Assembly (NCBI GenBank): GCA_024346625.1
Contig: AP024666.1
Span: 1,550,001 to 1,614,000 of the forward strand
Origin: Williopsis jadinii
Lineage: Eukaryota
Direction of reading: 5' to 3'
DNA length: 64,000 nt
The notes below the pieces were generated by a model. It was not told the DNA's origin. It made no database searches and saw only the letters and a list, made by a program, of their open reading frames with translations. Position 1 is the stretch's first letter; the number at the start of each line of letters is the position of its first letter. Position numbers and translations under genes: made by a program. Positions 30,983 to 43,923 of the stretch are shown here, one piece after another.

Positions 30983-32386
30983 TCAGGGGTTCATCACTCT
31001 CCACACTTTTCTGGAATAGTCCTCGTTATCGTTCAAGCTCTTGATCTCTTCCTCCTCTTCGTTGAAATGGCCAACATCTAACCGTTGATCAACGTAGGTG
31101 CTGTCACCTCTGCGGTCAATGATCGGTGTTCCAAAATCAGTGGAAACAATGGACATCTGTCTGCCATGCGGTCCCATGCCATGACCAACAACTGTATCAT
31201 CACTGGATTCGTTCTCAACGCTGTGTTGAGTGATGGCTGCTTCGTTCTTTGCTTTCATTTGACTCTCCAGATCGTCATCACTATCACTGTCATCATCGTT
31301 GTCATGTGATCTCTTGAAGAAACAACAGTATACTATGGATGCAATGATTCCCACGCAAACAACACCAACAACTGTAAACACACCGGCCACTTTCCCTGCA
31401 GAGTCAAAAAATGAGTCGTTGTTATTATTATTCTTCTGAGAATTGTTTGAAGCGTTGACGTTAACGTTGGATGCGGAGCTTGAACTCGGATCAGTGCCGG
31501 TGTTGGATGTTGAGCTTGCCATAGGGTCTGCACTCGAATAAGAAACAACAACTGTTGTGTGTGCAGTGACAACCTGTGTGGCTGACTCAGTCGCCACGGA
31601 CGTGATGTACGATGTAACGACAATCTGTGAGCCGCTCTGTGTAAGTGTCGTTTCACTGGCGGAGAGGGTCGTTGTTCTCCATGAAACAGGTACGACGGTG
31701 GTGGTTGGAACAGCCGCTGTTGCTGTCCTTTGAGTTCTTGATGAGCTGGTTGTAGTTGGTGAATTCGTTGTTGGTGAATTCGTTGTTGATGTTGGTGTAT
31801 TAGCTGTTGATGTAGGTGTATTAGCTGTTGATGTAGGTGTATTAGCTGTAGATGTAGGTGTATTAGCTGTTGATGTTGGTGTATTAGTTGTTGATGTATT
31901 AATTGTTGGAGTAGTTGGAGTATTAGTTGTTGATGTTGTCGGTGTTGCACTCGTTGTGCTTGTCGTGCTTGTTGTCGATGGCGTTGCACTCGTTGTTGAT
32001 GATGTTGTTTGGCTTGTTTGTTGTGTGGTGCTATCCTCTGTTGTGCTATCAACTGCCCTCAGCTGGATATATCCGTAGTACGAATCACCGCCACACTGCT
32101 CGTATGGATAGCCCGGACACTCAGCATCACACAGCAACAAATCAACCGTTGAACTTGGTCCTTCGTTCGAGCAATAACAGCTCTCTCCGTTGACAATGGC
32201 ATATGCGTACCCTCCTCCGTTACACGTATCCCGGCATAAACCATTGGACATATATAGCGAGCTCGTAAGAGTGGATTGCAACCCACTGTTCTGTGTTGAA
32301 CAGGACGTCAAACAATAAACTTGTGCACTGAGCGTGAAAAGCACCAATATCCATGAGCGTATTACATTTGAAGATGTGTCCCACAT
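30983..32386 (-). CDS. WSC-domain cell-wall stress sensor (Wsc4-like)
   Basis: Signal peptide, Cys-rich WSC domain (CYCS, CPGYPYEQCGG), Ser/Thr stalk, one TM segment, C-terminal VDQRLD...DYSRKVWRVMNP. Confidence 0.88.
   Translation of the reverse strand: MWDTSSNVIRSWILVLFTLSAQVYCLTSCSTQNSGLQSTLTSSLYMSNGLCRDTCNGGGYAYAIVNGESCYCSNEGPSSTVDLLLCDAECPGYPYEQCGGDSYYGYIQLRAVDSTTEDSTTQQTSQTTSSTTSATPSTTSTTSTTSATPTTSTTNTPTTPTINTSTTNTPTSTANTPTSTANTPTSTANTPTSTANTPTSTTNSPTTNSPTTTSSSRTQRTATAAVPTTTVVPVSWRTTTLSASETTLTQSGSQIVVTSYITSVATESATQVVTAHTTVVVSYSSADPMASSTSNTGTDPSSSSASNVNVNASNNSQKNNNNNDSFFDSAGKVAGVFTVVGVVCVGIIASIVYCCFFKRSHDNDDDSDSDDDLESQMKAKNEAAITQHSVENESSDDTVVGHGMGPHGRQMSIVSTDFGTPIIDRRGDSTYVDQRLDVGHFNEEEEEIKSLNDNEDYSRKVWRVMNP
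31785..31889. repeat. 21-bp coding tandem repeat (~5 copies, TANTPTS) in the WSC stalk
   Basis: GTTGATGTWGGTGTATTAGCT units. Confidence 0.85.
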
Positions 32387-35300
32387 AGTTATGGATCGTA
32401 TGTGGTTTGTTTGCTTACCTTCTCTCAGGCCGACGGAAATGCCACAGGCAAAAAAGCAACCAATGTGTCTTGAAGAGCTGGAAACGTCAATTCAATTGTT
32501 AAATAGATTGTGATCGTGTTTACCGGAAGGCCCCCCTGTTCTGGCTATCTCTGCAAATAGTAAACAGTGAACGCACAACTCCTCTCTATGCACCAGTGTC
32601 TCTTCACTTTACACAGGTGTGAGTGTTCTGGTTGTGACGCAGCGTACGAGGAAACTTCAACGCTTATCCCCCTCTATCGCACACAGAGCACTTGTGCACG
32701 CTAGCAGAATCTGACACAAAATAAGCGAACCTGAGTCGTATATATATATCTCTACCTAATGTATAGGTAGAACACCTGCTAATGTCGATCAGCTATAATT
32801 AGAGGAGGAACTCTGGGGGCTTTTAGAGTTTCTTTATACTTTGGAATTGAAATGTTTATATCCCAATTGGGGAAAACTTTAAACTTCGTCTGCTATGTTT
32901 TCCGCTCTGTTTTGCATAGAAAAACCACTGTTGAGAGACCGCCTTCTGACGGTATTCTGCTATACGATAACAGGGCGAAATTCGTAAACATGCGGTTGTA
33001 GCAGGAACAAAACAAACAAAACAGCAACAGTAACAGCAACAGCAGCATGATCGGCCGGAAAAATCTCCCTTCAATTTCATCATGTTCCTCCGAATGGGGA
33101 CAACATGGAAATGAGTGGTGGGCAGCTGTTGAATTTGAAATCGTTCCAGGCGACCATTTGTGGGAGAGCACAACTGGACATGCCTTGTCTTTATCTTTGA
33201 TTGCTTCGAATGAGCCATAAAACGTTTGTTGTTGTTGTTGACTTTTGAACTTTCTTTCTCGATCGCCATGACAATTCCTTGTTTCCCGTTATTGCTATGA
33301 CAATCATGCGCGCACTGCATATACGCTTTGGAAGAACCGGATCCATGTGTCATTGGTGATGTTGAGCACTCGCTAGTAGTGCTACCTCAATTGTTTACGT
33401 TCAGGCTGTTGATTCAAGTGATGAGATGTAAGCGTTCATATTGTTTACATCTGTTGAACGGTGGCATCCACAATGGACTTCTAAAATGACTTAAGCGACG
33501 CCGCGGAGGGGGTTGCAAATCCCAAGACAAATTTAACGAATTTCACCTGTACTATGATAACCTCCCACATTCGACAGAGAACACATCCATATGTAGTATA
33601 ATGTGATGAGCTCAATTAGACGCAATTCATTAAGGGATTAAGCGTTGGGTAATAATTAAAGGTGCGCACATGGAATTCCTACATTCATCAACATCATGAG
33701 ACTCATACTTTTTTGAAGCGATCCCAGACTCACAGGCACACGACGAGTGCGAAGAAACGTGTCATTCTTATTGAAGGCGATAGTGCCACACCCCTTTCGT
33801 CCCAACAAGTCAACTAAAGTAGCTAAGACCAACTGAGAAGGATTGGGCGTGTGCGCGTTAAGCGATTCACCGCTTAGTGATAACCTAGCAGCCATCATAC
33901 GCACGCTCTTTACACTTTGGAATTTGCAATCTTGGCTTCTTCACGATTTTCTCTTCCATATGACGTTATACACAGCTACACATTGGCTTTAAACCAGATC
34001 AGCAAATTGGCTGTGGCCACGTTAGGTATGCAGATTGCGAAATGAGTACGTAGAGAGAAGGTTCGTTTGCTTTCTTCATAGAGGGCCCGGATCAGCCTAT
34101 GTTTGAATAACAATCTGGGTTTTGGCATACATTACATGTACACTTAAATTAACCCTTTGTACCTAAATGACCTCCCTAGTTGAGATCCGACTTGGCGTAT
34201 AATGTGGGCACATAGTTGGCCCGTTACTACAGAGACCAAGGGTAGTATGCGACTGTAGAGTTGTCAAATGGATTAAGAGATGGAGTGTCCAGTGGTGTAT
34301 GTTATCATGAGTCTTCGTCTGTTTGTTAGCCAATGTATATCTAAGGAGACTGACAGATCTTTGAAGGATGAGGTTGTTCCCGGCTAAAATGTGGAGATTT
34401 ACATTGTTATTTAGCTAGCCCATTCATTCCCTTATCAGTAAAGCCCTAGTGATCTATGGCTTTCAACATTGGCCAGGCTTAGCAGTAGTTCAACAATGAG
34501 AATTCCTGACCTTTTCCTAAACCCCTTTTTAAACAACGACAACCTGGTGGTCGAACATGGATCATATAGGAAGGACCGTTTCTAGACCTCGTCACTCGGC
34601 ACTCTATCATTGAGCCATTTGTATTTTCAGGTTTTAATGACATGAGCGATTGGTTCCAGGAATCAATTATAATCGACTCCAGAGTTGCTTACGCAGGTAG
34701 CGCTGGTACCTCTAAGAACCAGTCTGAGCTTCAATTAGCAATCGGCTTCTGACGAATTCATCACAATTGATATACATCCATGATTTTGGTGTACCGCAAT
34801 CATACATGCCAGATCTAATTATTCATGCATAGTCCTTGTTCATTTACAGTTGTCTTCACATCCAAATCTGGCTGTGACCTCCGCAAGGTAAAAGCAATTG
34901 CCCTAGAAGGATTGCAATTGCTATAGTAGCCCGGTGTGTGTAGTTTCCCTTGCGCATTGCGTTTAACCACTCCATGTTATACCATAAGACGTAAGGCTCA
35001 GTTGACTCCAAATATGTGGGCAGTTGCTCCGGTAATATATGGAGCACCAGATACAAAGCTTCTGTTGATAGCTAGGATGCCACCACAGCTGTACTCTTAT
35101 TAATGGCTCAGAGTCAACATTCGGGTGTCAATCAGCGAATGATAGACCTCACAAGCGGGAGCACAGGCAGAAGCACAAGCCATGGCGTCGTCATCGTGGC
35201 CTCAAGAGCTCCACGTGTAGTGCCACACAAAGTTGTATTCCCTGAACAACGGCTCATCGCTTGCACTGTGGCTAAGAACGGGAACAAAGAGCCATTTCGC

Positions 35301-36995
35301 TGGTGGCACAACTAGCGCCTAATTGCAACAAAAGTGCCATATCCATGTCCCTAGCACTCCACACCGGCTGTGGGTGTCCTGTACTTCTGCCAATTGACAC
35401 ATTGATGCCACCCTCACGGTCTTTCCACGTCACCATTCCCATCGCATACCCGGACAAGCTCCACGCGAGCCGGGTTGCCCTACCATCGGTGTTTAGTGCA
35501 CTAAAAACGCAAGCGTGGCCCTCCGAATCCCGGGGAAGTGTCCCCCCCCCCGCAACAGCCAAGCGCGCGCTTCAAAGCGGACGCACCGTTGTAGGTGAGG
35601 AAAATTTTCACTCGACTGCCAACGAAAAGAAAGCCTTGTTTCGCTGTAGTTCCTATGTTCGGACTTCTGAGTTCGGAGTTCCCACCTCTTGTTGTAGACG
35701 ACGATCTTGAGGCGGGTATCGTTAACGGATTGGGCATCCACAGGAGCCTGAGGGCTGTTCTCAGTTGTGCAATGCCTGGTATCCCCAATCTCTATGATGC
35801 AATACGAAGCCCTGTAGCACCGCGTACAAATATCGACACCATGCGCTTAACTCCTCGGTTATAGAGGTCGGGTTTTGCACCTGTTTTAGCCCTCTGGATG
35901 GATAAAACACGCCAATTGCAAGCTCCAGCTCCAGCTCAGCGGTGGTACACCACGTCCACAAGCAAGGAGCACAGAATGACCTACGCTGCGTCGTTTTCAC
36001 GGACTCCTTGCCACGTCTTGGAGTTTAGAACTCCGAGTCTCAAAGTCCTCTGCGCTCAGTGGACCTTCTGGGTGGCAGAAACTGCGAAATCACCACCCAA
36101 TCCCCAATCCCGAGATACGCTCTTGAGGATGCGCTGGAACCGATGTCCACAGCACCAACTTCTGGACTTTACAACCGTACTCCCTGTTGCAGCATAACAT
36201 CCATGTGAAACGACGGTTGGACGTCTTGACAACCACGTTGATACTGTTACTCCAACACAGCGACATCAACCCCCTCCAACACAGGTTCCAATGGACAACA
36301 GCTTAACAACCACACTGACCTTCCACGAGCCGTGGTTTCTGTCGCCATGGTGACTCGGCCACCACAATTGGCCGCAGGGCTTTCACAGGTGTAGCGACAA
36401 AGCCAACGAACCGTGAGATTAGCCGTAGATCGGAGCTCTCCCTCTTTCAAGCTGGTGATTCCCACTGGTCTATGCAAGTCAACTGCCCCGCTATTATATA
36501 ATCAAAACACCCTTCATAGTCCGCCTTTTTTCTTTTTTTTTTCTCTCTCAGTCTCGAGATCACTTGATGATGTCGTGGTGACGCTGTTTAAACCGTGCTA
36601 TAACACCAATTGATCAATTGCGCTCTCGACAGCGCCCATTCGACACATCTCTAAGCTTCCAGTGGTGCTCTCCACCAGCTCATCCGGCCACTTGAGGAAG
36701 TTACCCCCAGGTTTTGGGTGTCAAGTTCTCTGTTTATGAATTTTGTTATATGCAGTTGTGCGCCATATGCGTGTGCGTGTAACTCCGAGGTGTCCAACGC
36801 TTTCTGAATTACTCATTCAATGCTTAGCAGAACTCGTTCACTCCCTCTCGCACTTCGCTATCAATTGGACTCCGAGGTGGGAATTTGGTCATTCACTATA
36901 TAAAGGGATCAACATCTCCTGTTGAGTTCACTTTTTTTAGCCTGAGGAGTCTTTCTTTTGCACAGTTCTTACGCCATACCACTTATACACATACA

Positions 36996-38105
36996 ATGCT
37001 TAGAACAAACTTGAGAACCTTCGCCAGACCACAGTTCATCAGAGGCCTTGCCACTGCGCCAGTCATCCCAAAGACCCAGAAGGGTGTGATCTTCTACGAG
37101 AACGGTGGTGAGTTGCAATACAAGGACATTCCAGTCCCAGAGCCAAAGCCAAACGAGATCTTGGTTAATGTCAAGTACTCTGGTGTCTGTCACACCGATT
37201 TGCACGCTTGGAAGGGTGACTGGCCATTGCCAGTCAAGTTGCCATTGGTTGGTGGTCACGAGGGTGCCGGTATTGTCGTCGCCAAGGGTTCCGAGGTCAA
37301 GAACTTCGAGATTGGTGACTACGCCGGTATCAAGTGGTTGAACGGTTCTTGTATGTCCTGTGAGCTCTGTGAGAAGGGTTACGAGTCCAACTGTTTGCAA
37401 GCTGACTTGTCTGGTTACACCCACGACGGTTCTTTCCAACAATACGCCACTGCTGATGCCGTCCAAGCTGCTCAAATCCCAAAGAACGTTGACTTGGCTG
37501 AGATCTCCCCAATCTTGTGTGCCGGTGTTACCGTCTACAAGGCCTTGAAGACCGCTGACTTGGCTCCAGGCCAATGGGTTGCTATTTCTGGTGCTGCTGG
37601 TGGTTTGGGTTCCCTTGCCGTCCAGTACGCTAAGGCCATGGGTCTCAGAGTCCTCGGTATCGACGGTGGTGCTGAGAAGGAGAAGCTCTTCAAGTCCCTC
37701 GGAGGTGAGATCTTCATTGACTTCACCAAGGAGAAGAACATTGTTGAGGCTATCCAAGAGGCCACCAACGGTGGTCCTCACGGTGTCATCAACGTCTCTG
37801 TTGCTGAGGCTGCTATCTCCCAATCCACTGAGTACGTCAGACCAACCGGTACCGTCGTTCTTGTCGGTTTGCCAGCTGGTGCCGTCTGTAAGTCCGAGGT
37901 CTTCTCCCACGTTGTCAAGTCCATCTCCATCAAGGGTTCCTACGTCGGTAACAGAGCTGATACTCGTGAGGCTATTGACTTCTTCGAGAGAGGTTTGGTC
38001 AGATCTCCAATCAAGATTGTTGGTTTGTCTGAGCTTCCAGAGGTTTACAAGTTGATGGAACAAGGTAAGATCTTGGGTCGTTACGTTGTTGACACCACTA
38101 AGTAA
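36996..38105 (+). CDS. ADH3: Zinc alcohol dehydrogenase with mitochondrial presequence
   Basis: [17 protein letters not shown], structural Zn cysteines, GAAGGLG; Arg-rich, acid-free N-terminus [19 protein letters not shown]. Confidence 0.88.
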   Translation: MLRTNLRTFARPQFIRGLATAPVIPKTQKGVIFYENGGELQYKDIPVPEPKPNEILVNVKYSGVCHTDLHAWKGDWPLPVKLPLVGGHEGAGIVVAKGSEVKNFEIGDYAGIKWLNGSCMSCELCEKGYESNCLQADLSGYTHDGSFQQYATADAVQAAQIPKNVDLAEISPILCAGVTVYKALKTADLAPGQWVAISGAAGGLGSLAVQYAKAMGLRVLGIDGGAEKEKLFKSLGGEIFIDFTKEKNIVEAIQEATNGGPHGVINVSVAEAAISQSTEYVRPTGTVVLVGLPAGAVCKSEVFSHVVKSISIKGSYVGNRADTREAIDFFERGLVRSPIKIVGLSELPEVYKLMEQGKILGRYVVDTTK

Positions 38106-38203
38106 ACAGTTACTTCATCTTAGTTTCAGATATGATTGAATGATTTACTTTGCGATAGGAGAATACAGCTTGTAGATTCAATAAAAGTTACACGTAACAT
38201 TAA

Positions 38204-41047
38204 TCATTCCGTCTTCACCAGTTTGATGTTGTCGTTACTAACGGCTGAATCAACTTCATCGATTTTTCTCTTGACTGAGCTTGACCCAGTAAAGTCAGTA
38301 GCCAGAAGCCTGTTCAGCTCATCGTCGTCGATCACGTCCTTGCTGGCAACTTCATCCAACCCTGGAGTAGCTTCTTTGGACAAAGATTCCAAAACCTTGT
38401 CGAATTCAGGGTCGTGTATATCATCTAGAGTCACATCCTTCTTTATTGTGCTCTGTTGAGGCACAGCTTGCGGCATCGCAGAATTAGAAGGCTGAATAGA
38501 CGGCGGTGCTCCTGTTGCAGGGTTGGTCTCCAAAGGAACAGCTGTAGCACCTGCAACTGGAGGTTGTGATGCTGGCGTCGTTAGACTCTGCTGTGTAGCA
38601 CCAGAGGAGATTCCTCGAATCAACTGTGGGTGTTGTGTAACTGGTGCAGCAGTAGATGAACCATTATCTGAAGGGACATTTCTCGGCGTTTGTACAGCTG
38701 GTGGAACCGATACGCTCTTCGATGGTTGAGTTGGCTGTAGCTGGGTTGGGGGACTCTGGTTGGCAGATGAAGGCATTGGTATAGATTGTTGTGCTTCAGT
38801 CTTTATATGTACCGGGCTTGGAGAAGGATTCGATTGCAGCTTAGTAGGCATTGCTTGTGCCTTTATAGGCGCAGGAACAGCAGCAGCTGGTGTACTGGCC
38901 CGACTCTGTGTAGAGGATCCAGGTGCATTACCAATCGGTGCCTTCACTCGTCCGTTCGTAACTTTAAACGTAGCTGCATTCAATGCAACCGTCAAAATCT
39001 TCGTCAGTTGTTGTGGATTCGTCTCAATTAAAGTAGCCAACGGATCCGTCGTGAGTCCTTTGGCCTTAGCAGCCTGTGTGACCTGGGCAATAGTCATCGC
39101 TATGGCCTGTGTTAAGATGGCCGATATCGTTGGTTTATCAACAAGGGTTTTCAGGTCCCTTGATAATAACACAAGCTGTTGTTGTAAGTGTGTCAATGCC
39201 TTCTTCGTATCTGCACCTAACATATTGGACTTTTGTTGGGTCTGTGTCTGCACCGTTGGACGTTGTACAGTCTGTGAAGGAATTCCACGGTTTGCAGCCA
39301 ACTGTGCTTGTATACTAGGAGTTTTCAGCTGCGGAGATCCTTGTTGAGATATCTGCTGAGGTAACTGTCTCTGAAGTAATGGACTTGTCTGAGGACCTTG
39401 CTGTAGGGGAGTGGATGTGATGGGTTGATTAACAGAAACATTCTTCAAAGGCTCAGACTTAGCTGGTGTTGTGATGCTATTCTGTTGAAAGTTCTGCAAT
39501 TGATAGTGCGGCAACTGTTGACCCTGTGTGTTTGGCAACTGCACTACATTCTGATGCGATGGATGCTGAGAGTTCTGGGCCGTCTGTGACTTCCGCTGTT
39601 GTAACTTCTGCTGCTGCTGTTGCTGTTGTTGTTCAAACTTCAATGCAGCAGCCTTGGCCTTAGCCTCAGCGGCCGCAGCCTGCTTCTTCTTCGCTCTTTC
39701 CTTTTCAGCACAGTATTCCTCATCAAGACCCCATAGCCAACCTTTACCTTCTTTTGACACCTTTCTAAATGCTTTATTCAAAGATAGGTTATGACGAACA
39801 GAACTTTGCCAGCCATCTGGACAGTACTTGTAGTATGGGAAAATGTCTCTTATCGACCTGTAGATTTCAGCAAGAGACATACCCTTAGGTGTACCATGCG
39901 TTCTCAAGCACGTGGCAATGAGATTTGAGTATGAGTAATTAGGTTTCGTTCTATACTCTTCTGGGATCTCTTCAAGGGTATACACTTTCTTTGGAGCTTT
40001 TGGAGGCTTTGACGGTTTCTTTTCCTTCTTCTTCATTGTGTTATCCGACTCAGTTGTATTCTGTTTCACTGTTGGTTGAGCTTGCGTTACTGTAGCATGT
40101 GACGATGATGCTGATACTTCAGTTGTGGATGGAGCATTGGAGGCAACGACAGCAGCAGCCTTAGCACTGGTAACAGGTTCAAAGTCCTTACTTGTCAAAG
40201 GTGAAGCATCACCATTTTGATCGTATGCATCATTATTCCCCTGGTTCGTATAGAGCGTAGACTTGAGTGATATTGCATCCGATGGGTTGATTGGCTTTGA
40301 AGGGCTCTCAGTCTTCTCCAATGGTGTAGCACCCGGAAGAACAAACCTGAACACGATCTGTCCAATTTGGATTTTTGACTTGTTTGTCAATGGCACCGTA
40401 GCACCGCGTTCAACAAACGAGTCATCAACAAATGCACCATTCTTACCTTGGATAGACAACTCAAATCGCTCAGTACCAAAATTGTAGAAAATCTTTGCAT
40501 GTTTTCTGGAGATGGCCTTCGAGTTTGCCAAATGAACATCGACAGAATGTGACTGGTCATTTTCAGATTTCCGGCCCAATACGACTTGAAGAGTCTGTAC
40601 GTAGAAGATAAAGTTCTCAAACTCCAGTCTTGCGTATGCGCTAACTTTGGTGTTTGTACTTGAAGCACTGTCCTTCCTCGAGTCTGGTTGATTTGCCATA
40701 CCTGATGCCGGCACCGTAGCAATGGCTTCCGTATTCGAGTGTGTAAACACTCCCGTGGACATAGATGATGGCACGTTGGACGGTACCACCTTGTTCTTCT
40801 CCGGCGACACCTGCTGTGTCAATATCTGCTGTATCGTTTCATCCGCACCTGTTTCCAATTTCACAGAAGGTAGATGATGTTTCTCTTCCTTTGTTGGAAC
40901 CGGCGCAGCGTCCACTGATAACACAGTTGACACGCTTGGTGATTTCTTAGGTTCGCTCTGTGTCAGCTGCAGCGAGTTGACTTCGATGTCAGGCGTGGAC
41001 TTCAAAGACGACACTGTTTCCATAGCCGCCGAGTGTGTTGATGCCAT
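38204..41047 (-). CDS. FHL1: FHA + forkhead transcription factor for ribosomal protein genes
   Basis: SAYARLEFENFIFYVQTLQVVLGRKS FHA domain; KPNYSYS...GWQSSVRHNLSLNKAFRKVSKEGKGWLW forkhead domain. Confidence 0.93.
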   Translation of the reverse strand: MASTHSAAMETVSSLKSTPDIEVNSLQLTQSEPKKSPSVSTVLSVDAAPVPTKEEKHHLPSVKLETGADETIQQILTQQVSPEKNKVVPSNVPSSMSTGVFTHSNTEAIATVPASGMANQPDSRKDSASSTNTKVSAYARLEFENFIFYVQTLQVVLGRKSENDQSHSVDVHLANSKAISRKHAKIFYNFGTERFELSIQGKNGAFVDDSFVERGATVPLTNKSKIQIGQIVFRFVLPGATPLEKTESPSKPINPSDAISLKSTLYTNQGNNDAYDQNGDASPLTSKDFEPVTSAKAAAVVASNAPSTTEVSASSSHATVTQAQPTVKQNTTESDNTMKKKEKKPSKPPKAPKKVYTLEEIPEEYRTKPNYSYSNLIATCLRTHGTPKGMSLAEIYRSIRDIFPYYKYCPDGWQSSVRHNLSLNKAFRKVSKEGKGWLWGLDEEYCAEKERAKKKQAAAAEAKAKAAALKFEQQQQQQQQKLQQRKSQTAQNSQHPSHQNVVQLPNTQGQQLPHYQLQNFQQNSITTPAKSEPLKNVSVNQPITSTPLQQGPQTSPLLQRQLPQQISQQGSPQLKTPSIQAQLAANRGIPSQTVQRPTVQTQTQQKSNMLGADTKKALTHLQQQLVLLSRDLKTLVDKPTISAILTQAIAMTIAQVTQAAKAKGLTTDPLATLIETNPQQLTKILTVALNAATFKVTNGRVKAPIGNAPGSSTQSRASTPAAAVPAPIKAQAMPTKLQSNPSPSPVHIKTEAQQSIPMPSSANQSPPTQLQPTQPSKSVSVPPAVQTPRNVPSDNGSSTAAPVTQHPQLIRGISSGATQQSLTTPASQPPVAGATAVPLETNPATGAPPSIQPSNSAMPQAVPQQSTIKKDVTLDDIHDPEFDKVLESLSKEATPGLDEVASKDVIDDDELNRLLATDFTGSSSVKRKIDEVDSAVSNDNIKLVKTE

Positions 41048-43923
41048 TGTATATGGGGGTATACTGAGAGAGACACAAAGCACAGAGTCAGTTCCCAAGG
41101 AGAAAGAAAGGGGGGAAAGAGGATCAAGGCAAGTGGATCTGCAGCTCTCTGAGCGTGCTAAGTGTGAGATGATCCTTCTTGGTTCCTGAGCTACTCTTTC
41201 TCTTCAGTTGTGGACCCTCAAAACAACTTTGAGAGCTTCCGCTGTGTGTTGCAACAAACAAAATAAACAACAACAGTAAACACACACACACACACACACA
41301 AATGAACAAGAACAATAAAGAAGAGCTTATACTTCACGCAGCAACGCCTTCGACCGATTGTGTGTGCGTAGAATGCTCAGTTCTGTAGAAAAACACGGGT
41401 GATGTATAGAAAATCCGCTTAATAAAGCCGTTGTAGACGTCTACTTGTTGTTCGCTATGTAGCATTTCTGTTATTTACGTTTTGCAAGTATAAAAATTTC
41501 CAAAGCTCTTCACGGCGTGGGCGTACCAGATGGGTAGGGTCTAATTTTTCTCTCTCTTTTGGTTACTACGGTTTCCATGTTATTTAGTGAAGAGTGGTTT
41601 AACACTGGTGGGTTACGCAGCCTTGATTGATGGAGATGCAGTTCATTGGAGTGGGCATGGCAAATCTGGGAATGACGTTGGTGGTTGCAATTGACTTCTA
41701 GATGGACGGACAGAGCATCCTGCTACTAGCATGATGGTCGATCATCACGTTGGAATGGTCCAGTGGTTGAGATAACCAATACGGTGTCAATGCATTACAT
41801 TCTTACTGCTCGATTTGTTGATTGGTCGTCGATACATGAGCACTGAAAGGCTGGTGATTCAGAGACTGTTTCTCGTGTTGAAAAACACAAGTATGGCTGA
41901 AAAGGATCCTCACTAAATATTACAGGCACTGGGCATGTGCCTTAGAGCCTAAGACACCAGTGGACCTCATCCCCAAATGAAGTCATTGGTCAGCACTTGA
42001 CCGGAAATCAAGAGTGTATGATTAATTGGCCGTTCTATATCATGAAATCAACAGGGTGACTTTCCCCTAGGCCACTAATTGGGAACTTCTTTTCATTTCT
42101 CGATATGCCCATCTCGTAATGCAAAATCTCCGCAAGTGTACTGCTTCATCTCATTCCTTGCGCTACAGTTGGAGTTAACTGTTTGGAAAGCAACGCTCTA
42201 AAATCTGCCTTCAAGGTGGCTGACCATCAATGCCCTCCTTATATATCGAAACAATCCGACCTAGCGCAAACATTGCTTTCTACTTCCCTTGCTTTCTGTA
42301 GCTTCATTTCTCTTCACCGTGGAAGTTGGACTGCGCACAGGGTTTCCCCGTAACAACCCGGATGATTTAACAGGGGAAGAAAACCATAGCGTCAAAAGGG
42401 GGACGAAACTGGGACAAGATTGGAACGTCGGGTATTTTCAACGTAATTGGACAATTGGCGTTCTTTAAAAGCCCTTCGAGTACTTTCACCAAGAAGTCAC
42501 TTTGCGTTTAACAAGAGGGGTTGGTTCACACAGTCCTCCGTTTCCTAAAATATTGTTCCATCTAACCATCATGGATTTAGCATTCTCAATGCACCCGGGA
42601 TTGTCCCCCTCATCATTTGTCTCCACTGTTTGCCAGACAATGCGATCAACGAGAACACAGTAGCACTGGCCTCTTCGAAGCTCATCCATAATTTCTCTAT
42701 ACGACTAGTTACATATGTACCTAGAAAATGGCATTAAAGCCGACCCTATTACAGTACACAGGAAAGGCTGTTTCGTGTTTTGGTGTTACCCTTTCCATGC
42801 CTGTTTTGTCTCGAAGCTGCACCGGTGAGCCAATCAGAAATCGCTCATCGGCCTCAGAAGTCCTGTTGTTACAGGGGTAGGCAATTCTTCCATGGTGTTT
42901 TCCCTTTATTTCCAGCGCACACCAGTGGTCCCTCTCCACTGCCAATTGATGATTGCAGAGAACAGAAGACATCAGCTCAAGTGGAAACAACTGGTCTACA
43001 CGCTGTAGAGTGAGAACCCACTCTCTGTAGAAGCGTGGTGATGCCATCAGAAAAAACGCTCATCACATCGCTGTATATTAATCGCTCTCTATTAAGGTCC
43101 TCCGCCAATGGAAAACCCATCCGGGAAAGAACACCTCTCTAACCAGGATCCCCTTCCTCTGCACAGGAAACTGCAAAAGGAAAGGGAAGAAAAAACACGC
43201 GTCAAAACCGTTTAAGCGCGTAGATTACCGAGGGTGGACTCTCTACAACGTGGAATTGCCTGCTCTCGGTGTTTAGTAACAGCTCTATGCTCCCGTTCAG
43301 CACAGGGCATGTGTACAGGCACAGCTCCCCTCAGATCACAAGACCTGCTAGCCACGCCCGTGCAACCCACATACGCCAGTTGGCGTGCCAATTGGCACGC
43401 CCATCAACGTTTAATCGATCCGTAAAACAGTTCACAACACCCTCACATCACCGGGCCCGCAACACGCCCAGCAGAACCAACGTTGCAAGGGAACACAGCT
43501 TCTCCAGCGCCGGTTACGAATCGGAGTGGGGGTTGCTACCTCGTGTGGCAGTCTGACAGCCTGGCAGATGCAAGCACACCCGCCGGTAGCAGCACACCCC
43601 CGGATCTAAACAGCGCAGAAACACAAAACGTCCTCCCCCATCCGGACCAATCGCAAACGCCAAAACTGCGATTTCTGGAATTTCTTTTTGCGCCTGTTTG
43701 GGTAAATCCGCGATGGGAAGGGGAAAACAAAAACTCTCAAACGCACCGACGAGTCGACGTCGACAAACAAAGATTTCGTCAAAGCGGACGGGTTTGGGGG
43801 TTTTCCCTGGCCTTATAAAATCAAAATGAGATCCTTCTTTTGAGAAAAAAATTTTTCACCCCCTTTTCCCTTTTCCTCTTCTTCTCCTTCAGTAGGTTAT
43901 TCCTTCAAGTAACACATACAACA

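Noticed and set aside
35100..36500. Cluster of short GC-rich ORFs (possible element relic or ncRNA)
   Set aside because: No gag/pol, LTR, snRNA, RNase P/MRP or telomerase signature recognisable by eye
36969..38063. 364-aa antisense ORF over ADH
   Set aside because: Mirror-frame artefact of extreme codon bias; no recognisable protein
41064..41340. Possible 5' UTR intron of FHL1 (AACTGAC...CTCTCAG)
   Set aside because: No convincing donor, and 23-nt branch-to-acceptor spacing is outside the 11-14 nt seen in real introns here
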